Assembly (NCBI GenBank): GCA_002633005.1
Contig: NMRA01000246.1
Location: forward strand, 140,793 to 204,792
DNA from: Phoronis australis
Taxonomy: Eukaryota; Animalia; Phoronida
Direction: 5' to 3'
Length of the DNA stretch: 64,000 nucleotides
Part shown: positions 11,601 to 24,737 of the stretch, piece after piece
How the letters are laid out: each line of letters opens with the position of its first letter
How positions within the stretch are numbered: position 1 is the stretch's first letter
The notes under the pieces: generated by a model
What the model was told of the DNA's origin: nothing
Seen by the model: the letters and a program-made list of their open reading frames with translations, nothing else
Database searches by the model: none
Made by a program: the position numbers and the translations under genes

Positions 11601-14600
11601 TCAATTGTAGGCTTCAAAGCACCATTACACCAATGCCCGGCTACGTAATCCTCACAATGTGGGCTTCGCCATCCTATTCATAGGTGTATTATTCATAATG
11701 ACCTACATGCCACTGGCGAAAAGTTTATTAATAGGAAGTTAATCCTTGTTCGACCTCCCAGCTTCAGTAGCTGTGGTTGTTCAATGTTCAGTTTATCAAG
11801 CATTGACTTTCCTTTAGGGACATAAGACCCTATGCTAATAAACAAAAAGTTGTTCTATAAACATAATTATTAATTCATAGGCATCACTCTAAATATGTAG
11901 CTTGTTTCAAGACAAAATAAGTAGCAGTTACCAAATAGCTTTCTTAAGACTTTCTCTAAATGCTATGGTCGTCATCCCTTTATGTTGATTACCGAGGCAA
12001 ACTTTGGTTAAGAACAATATGATAGATATCTCTGTATATTTTAGGCCCTTTCATATTGACTTAACTCCGGTCTGAGCGGAGCATTGACGTAAACAGTACA
12101 GTTAACTGGACCGTTCATACTGGCTTCGGTAGTTAATGAACATCGAAGTAAACGGGTGGTGACACGGTCATCGTCAAAGTTATCGCGAGGTAGCGCTGCA
12201 AGCTAAGATTTTTTCACTGAGACAATTTGATAACCTTAACATGTGCTAAATGACATTAAACATATTTTTAAATCGATTAGTTGTTATTAGAACAAAATAA
12301 AAGGGTAGCTATTAGTGCCGACACTACCCTGTAACTGTTGATAATAACAGTGGCACCTCGTGATAACATTGATTGGATCAAAGTTAAGCGTTCATACTGC
12401 ACTGCAGCGTCAACGCTGCGCTATTAAATCCACCTGTTAACTGCGATGTTAACTGGACTGGAGTTAAGCATTCATACTGACCGCAACTCCCCAAACCTTA
12501 GACGCGTCGATGTTAGTATGAAAGGCCCTTTAGACACTGTAGTGTTTTCATAAAATGCACTAATTAATTATTTTTTATTTGAAGCCAATTAGTTCACCTA
12601 ATGAAAAATCAAACTAGTGAATTAATAAAGGTTCACCTAACCCAGTCTGTTCACTAAATTTATAAGCAGTCTGGATTTCTAACTGTTCCCTTTATGTCAT
12701 CAGGACGCAGATATTATTCAACACTGGCTCAGGGAATTGGGATTCGGCGACTACTACCAGAATTTCGCAAAAGCTGGTTACGACATGCCTACTATATCAC
12801 GCATGACACCAGAGGTAAGTCGTATAGCTCTTTGTCGGGTACGTAACTGATGCATGTCTGTGCTAGGGTAGCCTATTGCTTGTTGCGTAATCTGTCTGTA
12901 GTTTTTTAGACAAGGAAAGGGACAAAATATAATAAATCTGAAAAAAGCTGTTGACACTAACACTTAGAGTAAGGTAAAAGCTACCTTCATTACCCAATCA
13001 TCGAATTTCTTGAATAATTAAGTATTAATAGCATACCAATAAAACTACATTTTTCTAAAATCCTTGATGATCACAGAGTTGTGTGCACAAAAACAATTCC
13101 GAGATGTCTGTAATCGTGTAATGATTTTTTTTCTTAAATTTTTCACGGAGATTGCCATAATTTCCGCTAACTTGACTTTTCCGCATTAAAATAGCAAATT
13201 TTATTTTTTTTATTCTATTTGCTAAATGTTATTGGGATTTTATTCTGAGGCCTTTTAGTCGCAGTCTCACATGTCACTCATTTGGACTGCTGCCATAATT
13301 ATTTGAGTGTTGACATTTTTCATAAATGACAATTAGCTATAAATGAACTGCCTTTGTCTCTCAGCATGGCATCTGTTTATTCTGCTAATGACACCCTTGG
13401 CACATCTTCCTGTGTGATAAGTTATGTAAACGATTAGGGACCTGGGTAGATACTCATTAACATTTTGTTTTCATAATTATACCTAGTGGAGACAACATTT
13501 GGTTAATTATGGACTGAATGTTTAATTTATGGCTGCTTCTCTTTTACACTGTGTGTTTCACAATATTCAGTATTACTTATTTGTTGCTGTTGCTGTTGTT
13601 GTTGACAGCCTCTTATAAACAAAAATCCTGTTATACTTCTGCAGTTTTAGGTGTATAGTAGTCTTATTATGGCTTGAAATATTTCATCTGATTATTTTTG
13701 CTAACTTTGTCTCTCACGCATAACCCTGAGAGTGGTCATTGTGTTGTCAAAAATGCAATGTAACTTGATATACACTCTTACTCTTTCATTTACACTAAGT
13801 TACTACTTAGCAGTTGTTACACCCATGTTTAATGCAGAAACAATAACACAATTAATACCTAAGAAGTTATGTAACTTTGTGTTTGTTTTCCGTGTTAATT
13901 AATTACACCCCTGGGCAATTATCAACATATGCTTTGTGTTTGTAGGATCTGACAGCCATTGGGATCACAAAGCCTAGGGATAGGAAACGACTCAAGTCAG
14001 AGATTGCCAAACTTAACATCCATGATGGCATACCTGAGCACAAACCTGTAAGTTAGAGTGGTCATACACGGATGCTATTCAAAGTCCATAGGGGGTAATA
14101 AAACAGTTGTATTCTTAACCAGGACCATAAAGTTGTTGTTGAGGTATGGCTACCTACACAGTCCAACTGGGACAGCTGTATAACTAAGAGCAGGCTTCAC
14201 AAAGAACTACTTTCACTAACCTTGCATGTCGTTTCCTAAAGGCCAATTGTGTGTGAATGACACCCATGATTTTCAACGGTCTGCTAAATTCTAATCAACT
14301 ATGTGCAGTAGTTACCCCCTCCGAGCCCAAAATGGTTATTGAGGCTTTCAGTCTTGTCATTGCAACTGGTTGAATCCACTGTGTAGCTATAAAAGTACAC
14401 AGGTGAAGTGTTGTCATTTTTGCCATTAATTTACATTAAAAACTTTGTTGTATCAAATTCATTATTTTCCTTAAACATTTGGTCTGTTTCAAGAATTTCG
14501 AATTCAAATTAGTCACATGCAGTTTTCTTATATACCAAGTGCAAAGGGGCTTGAGATTGAATTAATATAATGGATTATTGAATTTGTATTCTAAAAAAAA

Positions 14601-17600
14601 ATACGTGCAGTTGTCTGAAATCATGGAAAAGCTCATAAAGAATTTGTAGCCAAATCCAAAAATGAAAAACATCGCCTAGTTAGTTTTGTTGTCCCAAATT
14701 CAAGAGATCCTATATTGAATATCTGTTAGTGAACTTCTTGTATCATAAACACAATAAAAAAATGTACACAGTGTATTCCAGATAAATATATGTCAGTGGT
14801 GTCAAACTTCACTGCCACCTATGGCTGACAGGCTCTCAGTCTCAAGTGGTTATGTACTGTCACCTGTCTCCTTCGTGGTGTCCACCTATACCTGACAGGC
14901 TCTCACTCTCAATTGGTTATGTACTGTCACCTGTCTCCTTTGATTTGCTAACTATCCTGGTGATGGCACTGCATTTAATGTCATTGTGGATTAATTTTAA
15001 GAACCTTCCACCAATTCTGACAAATGTCACTGTTGCTCAGTAAAGAAGGGTGGCACTGCAAATTCTTTTCATAAGATACAGGTGGCGCTGCACATTTCTT
15101 TTGAAAAGCATTACTTCTTCTGTAATCCCAAAGATGAAATAGAACTTATGGTCACAGGAGCCCACTTTAACTTATTGCTACAAAGGCCAGTAGAAGACTT
15201 TAATACATCACTTGCTTACAGTGCAGTACAATGTTCTGCCAAATACCAAACGTAATGACTTTTTTCTGACAGACATTGTACTTGTACTATCACGTTTCAT
15301 GACAGTTTATGACTTAAAATTGTCCGTGTTTAAACTTATTGATCACGTAGCCCCCTAATTTAGCTCTACTCTGTGTTGCAACTAGCATTGGAGCCATTTG
15401 GCATCCAAAATATCTGTGGATACTTCCTCTCCAGAGCCCACAAAATGCACCTTTTGTGTTACAGGTATTGTACATAAAATTGGGTCGGATGTGGATGTCT
15501 TTATTCATTCTGCACAATAAAGAACAACTGCAGTATTTACAGTTTTCACCCCAAAAGAAGAACTAAATCAAACAATGACAGTTAATACAAAATACACGAG
15601 GGACTTATTATTGTGTGATGATGTGTAGGTGATTTAAGGTGCCTCTGGTATTACAGACAACAACCCAAGAACAAAGCAAATTGACTAGACATAGATCTGC
15701 AAATAGGCCATGAAATCACAAGCAGATATTCAAATCAGTTCCATACAATTCATTCAACTCTCAGGCAAGCCAGGAGCACACCGGTGCCAGAAGCTCTGAT
15801 CTATGAGGCTCTCCAATGTGCCCACGGGAGTCTGTACATCTAGCAGTGGTATCTTACAGTGATATCTTATAAGGAAGTACTACAAATGCAAGGGGGTCAT
15901 GTGTATGTATATTGCTTGCAGAAAGACGTGTTCGAGTGGCTCCATCTGTTGAATTTGGAGCAGTACTACGATACATTGTCACGGCAGGGCTATGGAAACA
16001 TCGACTACTTGACGGACATCACATGGGAGGATCTGGAAGAGATTGGTATCAAGAAACTGGGTAAGAAAACTCAGTCAATCATTTGTCATGAATTTCATAT
16101 CTTGATGAAGTGGTATTGGTCAGAACTTGGCCAAATGTGGATAGGGTGGGTCAAAAATAGGGTGGCTATGGTCATCAACGGTTGGGAGAGGATCTTCTAA
16201 GTTAGGAAAGGCTGTTACTAAAAGTTTGATCAGATTTATACGTAAAGAGCTTACAGTTCTATTGCATTAGCTTTAGTTTGTTTCTTCTCTTGTTGGTATT
16301 GTATCATTTTGAGTGTTTGGTCTTTCAAATAAGCTTGGTAGTAATGTGCTGGTATTGCATGGCGATATGTCACTGAAACTTAGTTGCTTGATTTTGCATT
16401 TGCTCAAGGTTGTTGTACCTACAAAATGCAACCCTGTTTATAGTTTGTGTTCACATGTGTGTTGTTTCCTGCCTTAGGTCATCAAAAGAAGATTATGCTA
16501 GCTATTGGAGGTCTGAAGCGGGCTGAAAGTGGTGCCAAGCGGCTGTCCCAGCAATCTGGTGGCAGCACTGGCAGTGAACCACGGGCTTCCTCCGATGTGC
16601 TTGACCCCCCAACCTCGACAATGTCGCGTTGGTCAGCCGACCTCACGCACACCGTCGCCGCCGATCCTCAGTACACATCGAGTATGGGGTATGCAACGTT
16701 GAAACCGAAGAAGACAAGGAGTGAGCTGTCCGCACATGACATCTATCCCAGTCGGACACCTGGAGCGGAGATCATACACATGCAACAACAGAATATACCT
16801 GTAGTGAAGTACCAGCCAGATCTTGTGGCTATCCAGGTGAATAGGAATAGGTCGTCATCCAGCGATCATGGTCATGTGTCCTACGGTTCTTTCCAAGGGC
16901 CTGTAGATGGGGACACAACACCAACAAATGAGCGAGGTTCAACACCTGATGACACCGACAATATTCACTTACGTCGTCCGTCAGCGACCGTGAGTCCACG
17001 TGTAGTTGCCAAACCAAAACCCGTAGCAAAGATCATAGCTAAAACGAAACGGTCAAGTCGCGAGTTCTCCACTGATGTCATTGCCATGGAGAAGTCTGGT
17101 GGAATATCTCAATATGCGACTCTGCGTAAGCCCTCACTGAACTCATCACAAATGTACAATTATCAAAACGAGAGTGATGTCATGGATACACCTCCTTCCC
17201 CACAGAAACCCTACCATGGATCGCCTGTGATCAAACCGCCCATCATACCTATGTCATTCAATGCCAGCTTGCCCCCGTCATGTGGGTCGCCTAGGACAAA
17301 GAAGCCTCCCCCTCCGCCAAAACGAACAAACTCTATCAAAGGCGAGATGGCTCCGCCCCATCGGCCTCAATTCTCCGTTCCTTTGTCCACACAGGACCCC
17401 AAACCTCAACACCCCATTCTTTCCACTAGACTTTCACAGACTACTAACACGTCCGATCAGCAACAGCAGCTGAATACGGAATGTGTAAAAAGTTTGTCAG
17501 CCAAGTTCAACATGGACAGGGAGAAGCGGCCATCACCGCCGAAACCTGAAGCTTACATACCTCAGGACCATGAAGAGTTCCCTCCACCACCCCCACCGAT

Positions 17601-19625
17601 AGCAACGGATTTGAATGCCATAAAGGCACATTCACAAAGGACTACGGCATCACTGAATAAGGTGATAGAAAAGTTAGAAGAGGAACAGAGGAAACAGACT
17701 GTTGAAATGCACGTGAGGTCAGACGTGCCAGCGTATGGAGAGCAGACGAGACCTTCTGAGCCGGTGAAACACTCGGAGAATGCAAAACATTCTGAGGAGC
17801 CTCAAATAAGGCCATCTGTTGTTCAAAAATCACAACCGGAGAAAGAAAAACTCTCCAAGATTTCATCGGAAGGTGAGGAACAGCAGCTCCCTCGAGGGAC
17901 AAGTGTGAAACGTAACGATTCAGTTAACAGTTTCGATTCGTCATGTTCTACGTCGAGTGTGGATTCGAACACATTGCCGTTCGCTAATGAGAACGTGGGC
18001 ACCATCAAGCAGAGGAACGGGGGCGGAAAAACATCGGTGGTGAGCGTGAACTTTGAAGGAGGGACCAACGGTGAGGAGGACGATGATGATGAGGACATTG
18101 AAGACTTTGGGGAGACGGCCACTATGAAGAGGAATCCAAACAGGAGCCAAGGTGAGGCTGGTTGCTGACACAATCTGGAGGCTATTTCTTCAAGACATTG
18201 AAGCGAGTTTGTCTTGCCACAGTTAAATGAGCTTGAAACCTGCTTCCGTCACACAATTAAGTTTTAATATCAAAAAATATTTTAATTTAGACCACTTACC
18301 ATTACAAATTTTCTCTCATTTTATTCTTTTTGTCTAATTATAGAGTTGATTGCTGGGTTCGGAAAACGCTTACAGACTGTTATTGGTTGAGACCAAGCTG
18401 GCTGTACAATTATGTATCGACTATGGCATCGAGCAATAATGGTCTCTCAGTTTGTTAAGCCCAGAAATGTTATGAATGAAAAATTAGTTTCTTTAACGGA
18501 AAGCCTTGAGTATACTGAGTGATATGTGCATTGCTGTAAAGGTATTGCATCTTTCCTGTCTATGTATGTTGTGTGATATTACCATCAGAAGCATTTAGCG
18601 TTTTTTCCGGTTGGTCTGTGTATATTGAAAGGCTTGACAGTGGTCTCTCTTTTGATTGTAACAACACGATCACTTCAATATACCTGGTACTCTAATGAAT
18701 TGTTGCCAGTATCGTGCCTATGATAGTCAAAGTTCACCGTGTCCATCATTTCCTTCCAGGTCATAAACCTGTTGCCAAAGCTACAGTCAACAATAACAAT
18801 CAGACTGGTTCAGGTGACTACCAGTACCAGACTACACAGGCAGATGTGTAAGTAGTACTAACTAAAGTGGTCCATTCACATAAATGCATGGTGCGATTGG
18901 AGATTCATATGTCTATCTCAAAGGCAGCATAATTTCGAATCTTGGTTGGTTCGTAATTGAAGTATTTTGGGTGTATTGTTGTGTCACATCAAACCATGTG
19001 ATTACAATCAAGTCATCGTGCTCTAATTTATCTTCCACACTTTTTAAAAATAATGTTCCTAATGATTTGGAATTATGTGAATTCATCCAAACTTGTAATT
19101 TCCCATTAGGGTGATTCATTACCACAACTCTATTCTGTTAAGATTAATACTTTATATATGACTGATAATGAAGATATTTTTTGTTTTGACTACAAATACC
19201 ACAGTTACAATTGGGCTATTCTCCCATTAAGTTTAAAACAAAAATCTGCCCTGAGTCAGATCTTTCATCGCTGTTTTTGTTTCTTGGTGGTTTTATTTGT
19301 GATAAGGTTTTTATATTTCTGGCCCATCTGTGCACTGTGCTGACTACTGGTTGGGCTTTCCACCCTTGTGAAAACAAATCCTTTCAGACTTAAAGAATAA
19401 TGGGCGTTGTCAGCAGGTGGTGTGCGGGTCACTTTCTCGGCTGGTTTGAACTCGCATATTTATAAAACTAGAATGTTCTTCGGGTGTTTTACTCAAAATA
19501 ATAACATTTAAACTTGTGTTTACAGCGACAATTCTGGCGACATTCTCGATGACATCGGAAACATGCTTCAAGGACTGACGGATGAGTTGGATGCCATGTT
19601 GGACTCTGACCTTGTCATGGAATAG
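2440..19625 (+). CDS. caskin: Caskin-like scaffold protein (tandem SAM, Pro-rich, C-terminal helix); 5'-partial, multi-exon gene
   Basis: GT-AG exons 2440-2613, 10709-10912, 12704-12814, 13946-14047, 15922-16060, 16478-18151, 18760-18847, 19526-19625 join in frame (2592 nt). Motifs [58 protein letters not shown] and ILDDIGNMLQGLTDELDAML match the Caskin family. Confidence 0.95.
3669..3701 (+). CDS. Candidate 33-nt symmetric microexon of Caskin (LGPGVMGACLK)
   Basis: tttctggtttgcag acceptor, aag|gtaata donor, open, phase 0/0 matching the flanking exons. Confidence 0.45.
9975..9988. promoter_or_regulatory. RFX X-box consensus match in Caskin intron
   Basis: GTTGCCATGGAAAC. Confidence 0.5.
10709..10912 (+). 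CDS. caskin: Caskin exon preceding SAM1
   Basis: tcttttgtag acceptor; SGHSGQFHVNV...SSSSLGSLDRLEESGYSSTVNVAELVQSGMN; donor gtgagt. Confidence 0.88.
12044..12528. mobile_element. PIF/Harbinger-like MITE in Caskin intron
   Basis: Imperfect TIR GGCCCTTTCATATTGAC / GTTAGTATGAAAGGCC, TTA-like flanks, internal TTCATACTG repeats. Confidence 0.65.
12704..12814 (+). CDS. caskin: Caskin SAM1 N-terminal exon
   Basis: [37 protein letters not shown]; cag / gtaagt. Confidence 0.95.
13946..14047 (+). CDS. caskin: Caskin SAM1 C-terminal exon
   Basis: DLTAIGITKPRDRKRLKSEIAKLNIHDGIPEHKP; tgtag / gtaagt. Confidence 0.95.
14815..14941. repeat. About 67-bp tandem duplication
   Basis: CCACCTAT..CTGACAGGCTCTCA.TCTCAA.TGGTTATGTACTGTCACCTGTCTCCTT x2. 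Confidence 0.85.
15922..16060 (+). CDS. caskin: Caskin SAM2 exon
   Basis: [46 protein letters not shown]; tgcag / gtaaga. Confidence 0.95.
16478..18151 (+). CDS. caskin: Caskin large Pro-rich exon
   Basis: Within ORF 16447-18168; [42 protein letters not shown]; ccttag / gtgagg; phase 1/1. Confidence 0.95.
18760..18847 (+). CDS. caskin: Caskin penultimate exon
   Basis: tccttccag acceptor, gtaagt donor; its phase 1 to 2 change is needed to keep the last exon in frame. Confidence 0.85.
19526..19625 (+). CDS. caskin: Caskin terminal exon
   Basis: DNSGDILDDIGNMLQGLTDELDAMLDSDLVME*; tacag acceptor. Confidence 0.93.
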
Positions 19626-20248
19626 GCCAGGAGGTTGAAGCATTGATCAGTGACATAGCTCTGAAGTTTGAGTTCCCTGTTGGCATAAACAAATCCAGAA
19701 TAATTGAAATTTTAGGAAGAAATAATTAGTGTAAGTTCCATTTTGTGCTATAAAATCCAAAATTGGTCTACAATCAAATGTGCACTGGCAGCAAAAACTT
19801 CAACGAGTGTCTTTTATTTTACACATAGTTATCTAGTGTGTTCATTTTTGCTTTAGAAATGAGAATAAATGAGAGGCTGTATTTTGGCCACAACTACTGT
19901 TTGAAATGATTTGTTAATTCCATTGCAAGCAGTGACAAATTTGTGTAGTATGTTGTGTTGTCTACCTCTTGTAATGTGATCTTAAGGCAGTTTCGTGGCA
20001 TTCATGTCAATAGAGTCCCTTTTGCTCTAATTTCCAGATCTTTCGGCCCTGCTATGTTTTTTTATTCAAACTATCCTTCAACTTTAAGCTTAACCCGTTG
20101 TCCATCGCCTGGAGTTAATTCAGTTGGTTGCCATGGCATGATTGGCAAATGGAAAATGCAGAATTTTGTCTGTCTTAAGATCTGTTATATGTAGACTGTT
20201 CAAGTGGTATTTTTTAAGCATATTTTCACGGTTGTACTTGTTAATTAA

Positions 20249-21399
20249 CCCTTATCCTGCGCTAGGCGAGGTCAGCCGACAAGCCAATTATCCTACTAAA
20301 ATGCGTTGGGTGTACTCAATCGCCTATAATAAGCTACGGCTAGACTGCGCAAGGAGGGTGTACTCACCCCAGGACACTGGTGTTTTTCATTCAGAAATTG
20401 TGAAAGCCCCGTATGCTGTTTATATATGTGAGCATGCGCATTCCACAGTTCATAGTTTCCTGTACATTTTTCTGATTTACAACATATGGCTGTGGTGAGT
20501 TGTTGCCGAGATATTTGAAAGTTTACGCAAGTTTTATCTTGGCTGGTGCCAAACGTGGTAAGATGACTGTTGACCAGTTTCTTGAGGAAGTGTTCATGGA
20601 CTCAGATAGTGAAAACAAGCTGGAATTGGCACTCAAAGTGACGGTGACAGTGACTGGGAAACTAATACAACAGTCACAAGTAATGCAGATTCTATCGATT
20701 CGGATCTCAGTGCGGCAATTTTGGAGGAGTTACCGATCCCTGAAGCTGAACTTGGACGGGCCTACGTCGATGCTTGGCTCACGCCCTTCGCGCATGATGG
20801 AACTCATTCAGAACTAGATATTTTTGTGACTTTTTCACAGAATAGCTTTGTGTCCCCACCCGTGTTTCAAGTTTTTGCATATCAAGGTGAACTTCAAAAC
20901 AGACCGTCTTTAGCAAGCGACTGCACCACTCATAAATTTGTTATCGTGCAAAGTTGAGGTAGGCCCTATGTTATATACTGTACATTCTTGTTTGGAGATG
21001 TGATGTTACAAACAATAAATCTGCTTTGTTAAACATGCAAATCCCATGAATTCCCTTTTAAAAATGCTTATTACGGTTTTTGAGTGTCAGCTATAATGTT
21101 CTCATGTGCGAAAACAGATAAAAACAAAGGGTGTCCAGTTTGAAAGTTAATAGAATTATTCACAGCAAGACGATGGTAAAGATATGTATATGGTGAAAAA
21201 CTCCATTAAATTCTGAACAACTTTTGTGCAGACTACTTTTATGTGAAATTGACATTACCCCTTCAAATTTCCAATTTAAAAATGTTAGGTCATTAATCTG
21301 AGTGACCTTCATAACAGCCCAGTGCATAGCAGCAGTGGTGACCTACTTAGCTTAGCACACAGGGAAAGTTGTCTGAATAGAGGCTTAGCAGGATAAGGG
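20249..21399 (+). mobile_element. Internally deleted piggyBac transposon
   Basis: TTAA TSD; TIR CCCTTATCCTGC; acidic N-terminal remnant FLEEVFMDSDSE and C-terminal Cys-rich remnant IALCPHPCFKFLH; no catalytic core. Confidence 0.85.
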
Positions 21400-24300
21400 T
21401 TAAGATGTACTTGTTAATTAAGTTTTAATTGTTTTTGTAACAGGTCTTTGCCTAATATCAGCAAGTAACCGGTGTTTCTGTAGCAAAGGAAAAAACATGT
21501 TTGTGAATCTGATATTTAAAGATTCATTTGTTTTCAAGATTTGTAATGATGGCTGCAATTCAGAGGTCATCGTTTTGTTGTTTTGATATATGCATAGTAA
21601 TGTGTATGATTTACTCAACTTGTGACCAATTGTTGAACACCAGAATACAGTCTGTTTCACTTGAGAATTATCTCAAGATAAGCTAGAGGTCAGTTTTGTC
21701 TGTGATGATAAGTGATCTGAAATAATTGGACATGACTTGTTTGAGTGTTTGACTTTGTGTCCCAGTGGTGAACTATTAATTATTTTGCCTATGGTGGCAA
21801 TGTTTGCGAAACAGATTAACATATCCTCGGGAGGTGATATTTAGTTATTGATAATTATTATTTATCTGTTGGCGCATTTCTGTTATTTATTTATTTGACA
21901 CGGAGCATTTATTGTTTTATGTGTACGATGTAGTTGATAGAATTCTAACACGCTGTTGACTGAAACTACATCGGAGTGGTTGCATCACGACACTGAATCT
22001 GTATACACGAGTACATACTGTACTGCCTGGGTTAGTGTCAAAGGTATTTAAATTGGTCAGTTAAAACTCAGAGTTGAGTGTTAGGTTAAGCTTGGGAACT
22101 TAAAAGTACAAATATTACACAAGTAGTGAGCTTATCACACACTGCTATTGTGAGCCATAACAACTGTTTCATGTCTTCTTCAGTGAAGAGCAGACGTGTA
22201 CAGTTATTTCCCTGTTCGAATAAGGCAAGGTTGCCCAGAAAATGACTGGTCGTTTCTCAAAGGGTAACGCATGAGTTCACGGATGTGGGCATTTAAAGGA
22301 AGTCTCTGTTTTATTAAAAATTGGGAGTGGGAGCATGGGCACTTAACAGTGAAAATTAAAAATCATTTTGGGGTTGGGCAGTAAGCCAAGCATAGGCTTT
22401 AGTCTAGGTCAGTACATTTGTGAGTTATTGTCTGCCTTTTGAAGGCTGATTATTTTTGTTTGTCTTTTTCGTATCTGTAAATAACCAAGATAGACACTTT
22501 GGTGCTTTAATAAATATTGACAATAACTAAGAATTGTACAAAACCTAATAATTTGATAGCGTTTTTGCAGATGTGTGTTTGATTAGCCAGATGTGAGTGG
22601 TACAACACACTTGAATGCACTCTGAAGGCAGTATTCAACGATTGATGCTGAATTCATCGTGCATGCATTTCATTGCCTGCATTTTTGTCAAAAATTAATT
22701 TTGATATTGCAACGAGTTTGCATCACCTATTTTGATTTAATAATGAATTTGCTCTTTTACTGGGCTTCCAAATTAAATCTGTGATGAAATTAAGTAATAC
22801 CCATATGTGTTTTTCTGGAATGAGAAACAAACACTTGTGAAGTACCCATTTGTGTTGATCTTTTGAGAGTTTGAATATTTTTGTCATCTTATTATGATTA
22901 CGGTACTGTAAATACAAAATACGTGTACAACATTGTGTAAATAAACCCAATATGCAATGAACTAGTGTTTTTAATGCGTTTCCTATAAGCATGTAATGTA
23001 AGCCATCTACTGTTGCCATGTAGTACATGTGTCTCTTTGTTTACTGGTCAGGAGCTAGTTTGGGAATGGTAGGAAAAGTTGTGTAAGTGGGATACAACCA
23101 GATCAAGAGGTAAAGATCAGACTTATCTAAAGCAATGCAAACCGGATTTGGAGGACTGCACGAGTTATACAGTGAGAGGAGTGAAGAAATATGAAAAACT
23201 GATCGAGGAGAAAATATTTATCTTGAAGTTAAGCAGTTGAAAGTATATATTAACATTAGATAATTTATCCTTTTCATTTACTATCAATCACTGCGATTTT
23301 AGTTCCTACACTAGGCCTAACTGTACAGTTAATAGAATATGATTTTCTGAAAAGGTATTCGCCAGCTACTGGTAATTTCAAGTCTCAACTTTCGCATCTT
23401 TTTGTAGTGGTGAAAATGTAAATTATGCTTCACTTGAAAAATGTTCTAACCCCTGCCAGTGAAGAAAAACCACTCAATTTAAGTACAGAATGGAAAGTGC
23501 CATCTACAATTAAATGATATAATAGTGTGCAGACACTCCTGTTGTGACGAACACTACATGGTAGTGAAATCAGAGGTGTTTTATTTATCCAAGAAAACAC
23601 ACTTTAGCTGGAGAAGTTTTGTTGATGCACTTGTCTACATACACTAAATAGTCTGATGTGAGTGCAGACATGGCTTTGAAGATTTTAAATGGATGACTTC
23701 AAAGTGAATTTTTTGTGAACTTTTATTTTATCAGCAGTTGTCCACATCAGCAGCAACAGTGCATTGCTATTTATAGCATAAAAAATATGTTAAACTACTA
23801 TTCCTAGTAAAAACAATGTGTTAACATGTGCTATTCACAATTAAAGACTGACAGACTAGGATTAGTATTGAGCAAAAATACACAATAGGTTATTACACAG
23901 GTAGGCAAATTTTTCCAAGTATGTTGCCACATGTGAATTCACTGGAAATTTTGTCTTTAGAACATCATATGAATGCAAAACAGGTCAACTGGCAGTTATT
24001 TCTCATTAAGTAAATTCGTCTCTCATTGTCAAAGTTGAGATAGAAACTCGGAAGATGAGCAGACCAAAGACAGCGCAGAACATTTGAAAATAATTCACTG
24101 CTCTGAATGGATTTCGTTACTATTTCTGACGTACTTGCATGATTCTACGCCTGTTGTCCAATAAAATGCAACAGCAGCTAATAACAAACTATTGACACTT
24201 GAGTAAAATTTTGTACTTTATACCAATAAAAATTCATCAACTAAATTATCTTTTGATTTTGTCAGTCCTCAAACATCAAATAACACTAAGCATTTCTCGT

Positions 24301-24737
24301 TAAATGAAAAACATTGATTAAAAGCGATAAAATATAACACTTGTTCAAGCACATTTCACACATTAACCTCACATACATTAGTAGCAAAATGATGCATAAA
24401 TTACTCTCATCTCGTTTGTTTATCACAGTACATAGCAAAAAATATACCAATAAAACACTACGTAAAACTGTTTAAAAACACAAATGTAAAAAATTTTCTC
24501 GCAGTGTAACATTCTCACTTTTCTTAGAGATTCTGGCATTATTTGCATGGAAGATTTTTGACAACCAATAAGTCTGGGTTGTATCCGAATGATAATCAAA
24601 AGATAACGGCCATTCAATATGTCCTTCCAGTAAACATTCTTTAAGATGACATAGATACATGTACTAGTCCATGTCAGAGCTGGATTTTCTCTTGAAAATT
24701 TAACACCGGCAATCCTGTGTTCCATCCAGTCACAGAC

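Noticed and set aside
16829-18173. Antisense and alternate-frame ORFs within the Caskin exon (similar ones within the FBXW10 and SLC26 exons)
   Set aside because: Shadow ORFs of GC-richer coding sequence with no independent motifs.
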